NCBI GenBank assembly: GCA_000934665.2
Contig: JYFJ02003648.1
Location: 1-39,244 of the forward strand
Source: Catajapyx aquilonaris
Taxonomy: Eukaryota
Reading direction: 5' to 3'
Length of the DNA: 39,244 nt
Shown here in pieces: positions 37,201-39,244 of the stretch (the stretch's first letter is position 1; every line of letters begins with the position of its first letter). A program made the position numbers and the translations under genes. The notes below the pieces were generated by a model, which was given only the letters and a program-made list of their open reading frames with translations, searched no databases and was not told the origin of the DNA.

Positions 37201-37711
37201 TGTAAATTGCGCTGGATCTCCGAGGATGTTTCATGGACCAACTGAATAGGCTTCATGGATTGTCTTATTATTTTCATTTCAGAGAGAGTTGGCGTTTAAG
37301 CCGCGCAAGCAAGTGTGGACTTCGCCCTGCCCTAGACCTGGCACAGAGGAGAGATCCTACCCTGGAGAGAAGATGTGCCCCAGCCAGCTTCCCGCGGCCG
37401 GGGTCAAGACTGGCCCCAGGGTCCCCCCGCTGCTCCCTGGCCCGACCCTGGTCAGTCAATCCAAGGGCCCCTGCTACCACGGCCCGTCGTCCAAGCCGGA
37501 TTCCAACATGTTCCGGCCCAAGCCCATGACCTTCTTCCCTCCGCCTCCTCCTCTGGTTCCATGCCGGGTGAGGTACCCTGCCCCTCCGGAGAGGGTCATC
37601 GTGCCCCTCTCCTCGCCCTCATCCCCAACCTACCCGAAGACACCCATGCCAACTGGCCAGCGACCTGCTCTTGACCTCACGCCCATGTGCCCACAGAACA
37701 CCTGCTTCTGA
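34187..37711 (+). CDS. CFAP107: CFAP107/C1orf158-like ciliary microtubule inner protein, 396 aa; join(34187-34256,34466-34797,35769-35978,36048-36197,37283-37711)
   Basis: AGCATGG start; 4 GT-AG introns with phases 1,0,0,0 give 1191 nt in one frame; core PRYCPHVLVDNWSEER...GTGPELLIHHHGESYIEPVLPTYDTSYN resembles recalled CFAP107 segments YSxKVLxGNWxEER and GLPxxxLxTHH...STYDDHYN; AATAAA downstream. Confidence 0.7.
34466..34797 (+). CDS. CFAP107-like gene, coding exon 2
   Basis: cctag|GG...AAG|gtaacc; GC-rich open frame ending SHWKDYTPEPPKIEPLPLK. Confidence 0.7.
35769..35978 (+). CDS. CFAP107: CFAP107-like gene, coding exon 3 (NWxEER motif)
   Basis: ttccag|GAC...TGG|gtaaga; DEDRLHPDFAREPRYCPHVLVDNWSEERVRYQR...LRQRGW. 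Confidence 0.8.
36048..36197 (+). CDS. CFAP107: CFAP107-like gene, coding exon 4
   Basis: cctcag|GGC...AAG|gtacgt after a 69-nt intron; GTGPELLIHHHGESYIEPVLPTYDTSYNKRGPCLPPSQKPLSTWERDPMK. Confidence 0.8.
37283..37711 (+). CDS. CFAP107-like gene, Pro/Cys-rich terminal exon
   Basis: Strong acceptor ttattttcatttcag|AGA, phase 0; RELAFKPRKQVWTSPCPRP...PMCPQNTCF*. Confidence 0.7.
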   Translation, partial: RELAFKPRKQVWTSPCPRPGTEERSYPGEKMCPSQLPAAGVKTGPRVPPLLPGPTLVSQSKGPCYHGPSSKPDSNMFRPKPMTFFPPPPPLVPCRVRYPAPPERVIVPLSSPSSPTYPKTPMPTGQRPALDLTPMCPQNTCF

Positions 37712-37793
37712 AGTCGCCTCAGCAGTTACGGCCAGCTAAATGTGGTCAGCGCTTGGCCATCTAACCACATGATGCATCCAAATCATAAACGTC

Positions 37794-37799
37794 AATAAA
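37794..37799 (+). terminator. Putative polyadenylation signal of the CFAP107-like gene
   Basis: AATAAA 83 nt after stop 37711, with GT-rich sequence downstream. Confidence 0.6.
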
Positions 37800-39244
37800 T
37801 CTACATGTTTTACAGCTAAATCCATCGTGTGATCTGTGTTTCCTTCTTCCTATAGGATTGATCAGTCCTTTTAAAAATACGTATGCCTTTAGAAACGGGG
37901 AAAAAATATAGCTATATGAAAATATGTTATTCCTAACCAGAGTTCGTTGCTCAGAGGCAGGCCTGATGGAGACTGGGTCTGCATTTTAAAGGCCTCATTT
38001 TCGTCAGGTCGAAAGTCGTTAGGCCAAGCTGTTTTCAATTCTGAATCAGGGTGTCACTCAGATCAGGATTAACAATGCATTGTGCTCTAACGAGCTTGGA
38101 CCGAGCTATACGCCGCACTTTCTTTGATGTCAAAGGGCGTCAAAGGAACATAGCGAGTGAGGCCGCCTGTGAGATGGGTTTAAAATTATCGGAGTTTGAC
38201 AAATAGAGTCGAATAAATATCAGATTTTTGTACGAATATTATAAGATAGCAAAATTTTAATATGGGATGTTCCGGCTACTGCTGCTGTTATGTACTTATG
38301 GCCTGAGTTGCCTCGGTTCTCCCAGTATAAATGGGACCACGAAAGGTGGCGGGCGAGTTTCGCATTCCACCATCGTCGAGTACGGTAATTGCGATAAAGT
38401 GAGAGTGACGCAGCTGGACCTAATGTTCCCACGCGACACAACCCCAGTTCACGGGACAGTTATCAGGCACTCCTGTAATTAAACAGGCTGCCCGCAGACA
38501 ACCTTGGGCTAGCCAATGCAATCAGGACGTACGGTTGCACCAACGCAGCGTATTTTTCCAGTTCATTAGGCATACACGAATTTATTATTCTCCCTTAATT
38601 TGGAAAAATCTAATATCACCGCCCTCAGCAGAACACTCCCTCATTCAAATATTCCACTAACATAAGCTGATGGTAAATCCGCCTGCTGGTAGATTCACAT
38701 TTGTTACCAAGCCCGTCACATATGTTACTCTATGGTAGGTAACATACGTGACAGTAACAGACAGTGACAAATTGAATGTAGTAATTTTTTCCTCGCAGAC
38801 TATTTTTCTTTTTATGAAAAGTTATTAGTACCTGAAGAGGTGGGATCTCAGTATGCAACAATCTCAATTCAGCTTTGACAATTACATGCAGTGAATAGGA
38901 TTTAGGAAGGTAACATACGTGACAGGCAGAAAAAATACGCAGCAACCTTGAGAGATAACAGGGCCCGCCTCCTCCTTGTCCAGCACTCATCTTCCAATTG
39001 ACAAATGATTCCATCGCGACTGAATCTATGATACACTTGGGCATTTTACTGCCCTATTTTGAGCGATTTCACAAGTTCCTACAAGGGTGCCAGTCAGATG
39101 GTAACAGAGTGTGACGATGTCACGCTTCACATGCTTAAATGATTTGTAAAATTTAGTTATATGTTAAATGACAATGATATGTATAAATTTTGGGGTATCC
39201 AATGGTAACAAGCGTAAAAAAAATTGGGTTCAAAAAATCCGGGT

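Noticed and set aside
427..37884. TACGTA, TAGGCTA/TAGCCTA and TAGGCCTA as further excision footprints
   Set aside because: Hand counts (about 15, 7 and 3) are near rough expectation or too few to support a claim

Overview
Eukaryotic genomic DNA with spliceosomal introns, most likely arthropod (probably insect); the species cannot be determined from the sequence. Two multi-exon + strand genes can be spliced by hand with consistent phases. (1) 20217-33147: 11 coding exons (about 870 aa, N-terminus outside the window) of a class C GPCR matching the insect mGluR paralogue mXR/mangetout (mtt). (2) 34187-37711: a 5-exon, 396-aa gene with a CFAP107/C1orf158-like microtubule-inner-protein core and an upstream RFX X-box-like motif. 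The first 20 kb appears to be one long mtt intron. Non-coding DNA holds a TA-flanked Tc1/mariner-type MITE, other foldbacks, a decayed pogo/Tigger-like transposase, a direct-repeat-flanked (AAAC)14 tract, and a marked excess of TACAGTA/TACTGTA, the expected excision footprint of CAG-ended TA-target transposons. No prokaryotic systems, CRISPR arrays, rRNA or tRNA genes were recognised. I found no clearly new biological system; the best leads are the extended CFAP107-like gene, the mXR C-tail motifs and the footprint signal. Family assignments rest on recalled motifs, not database searches.
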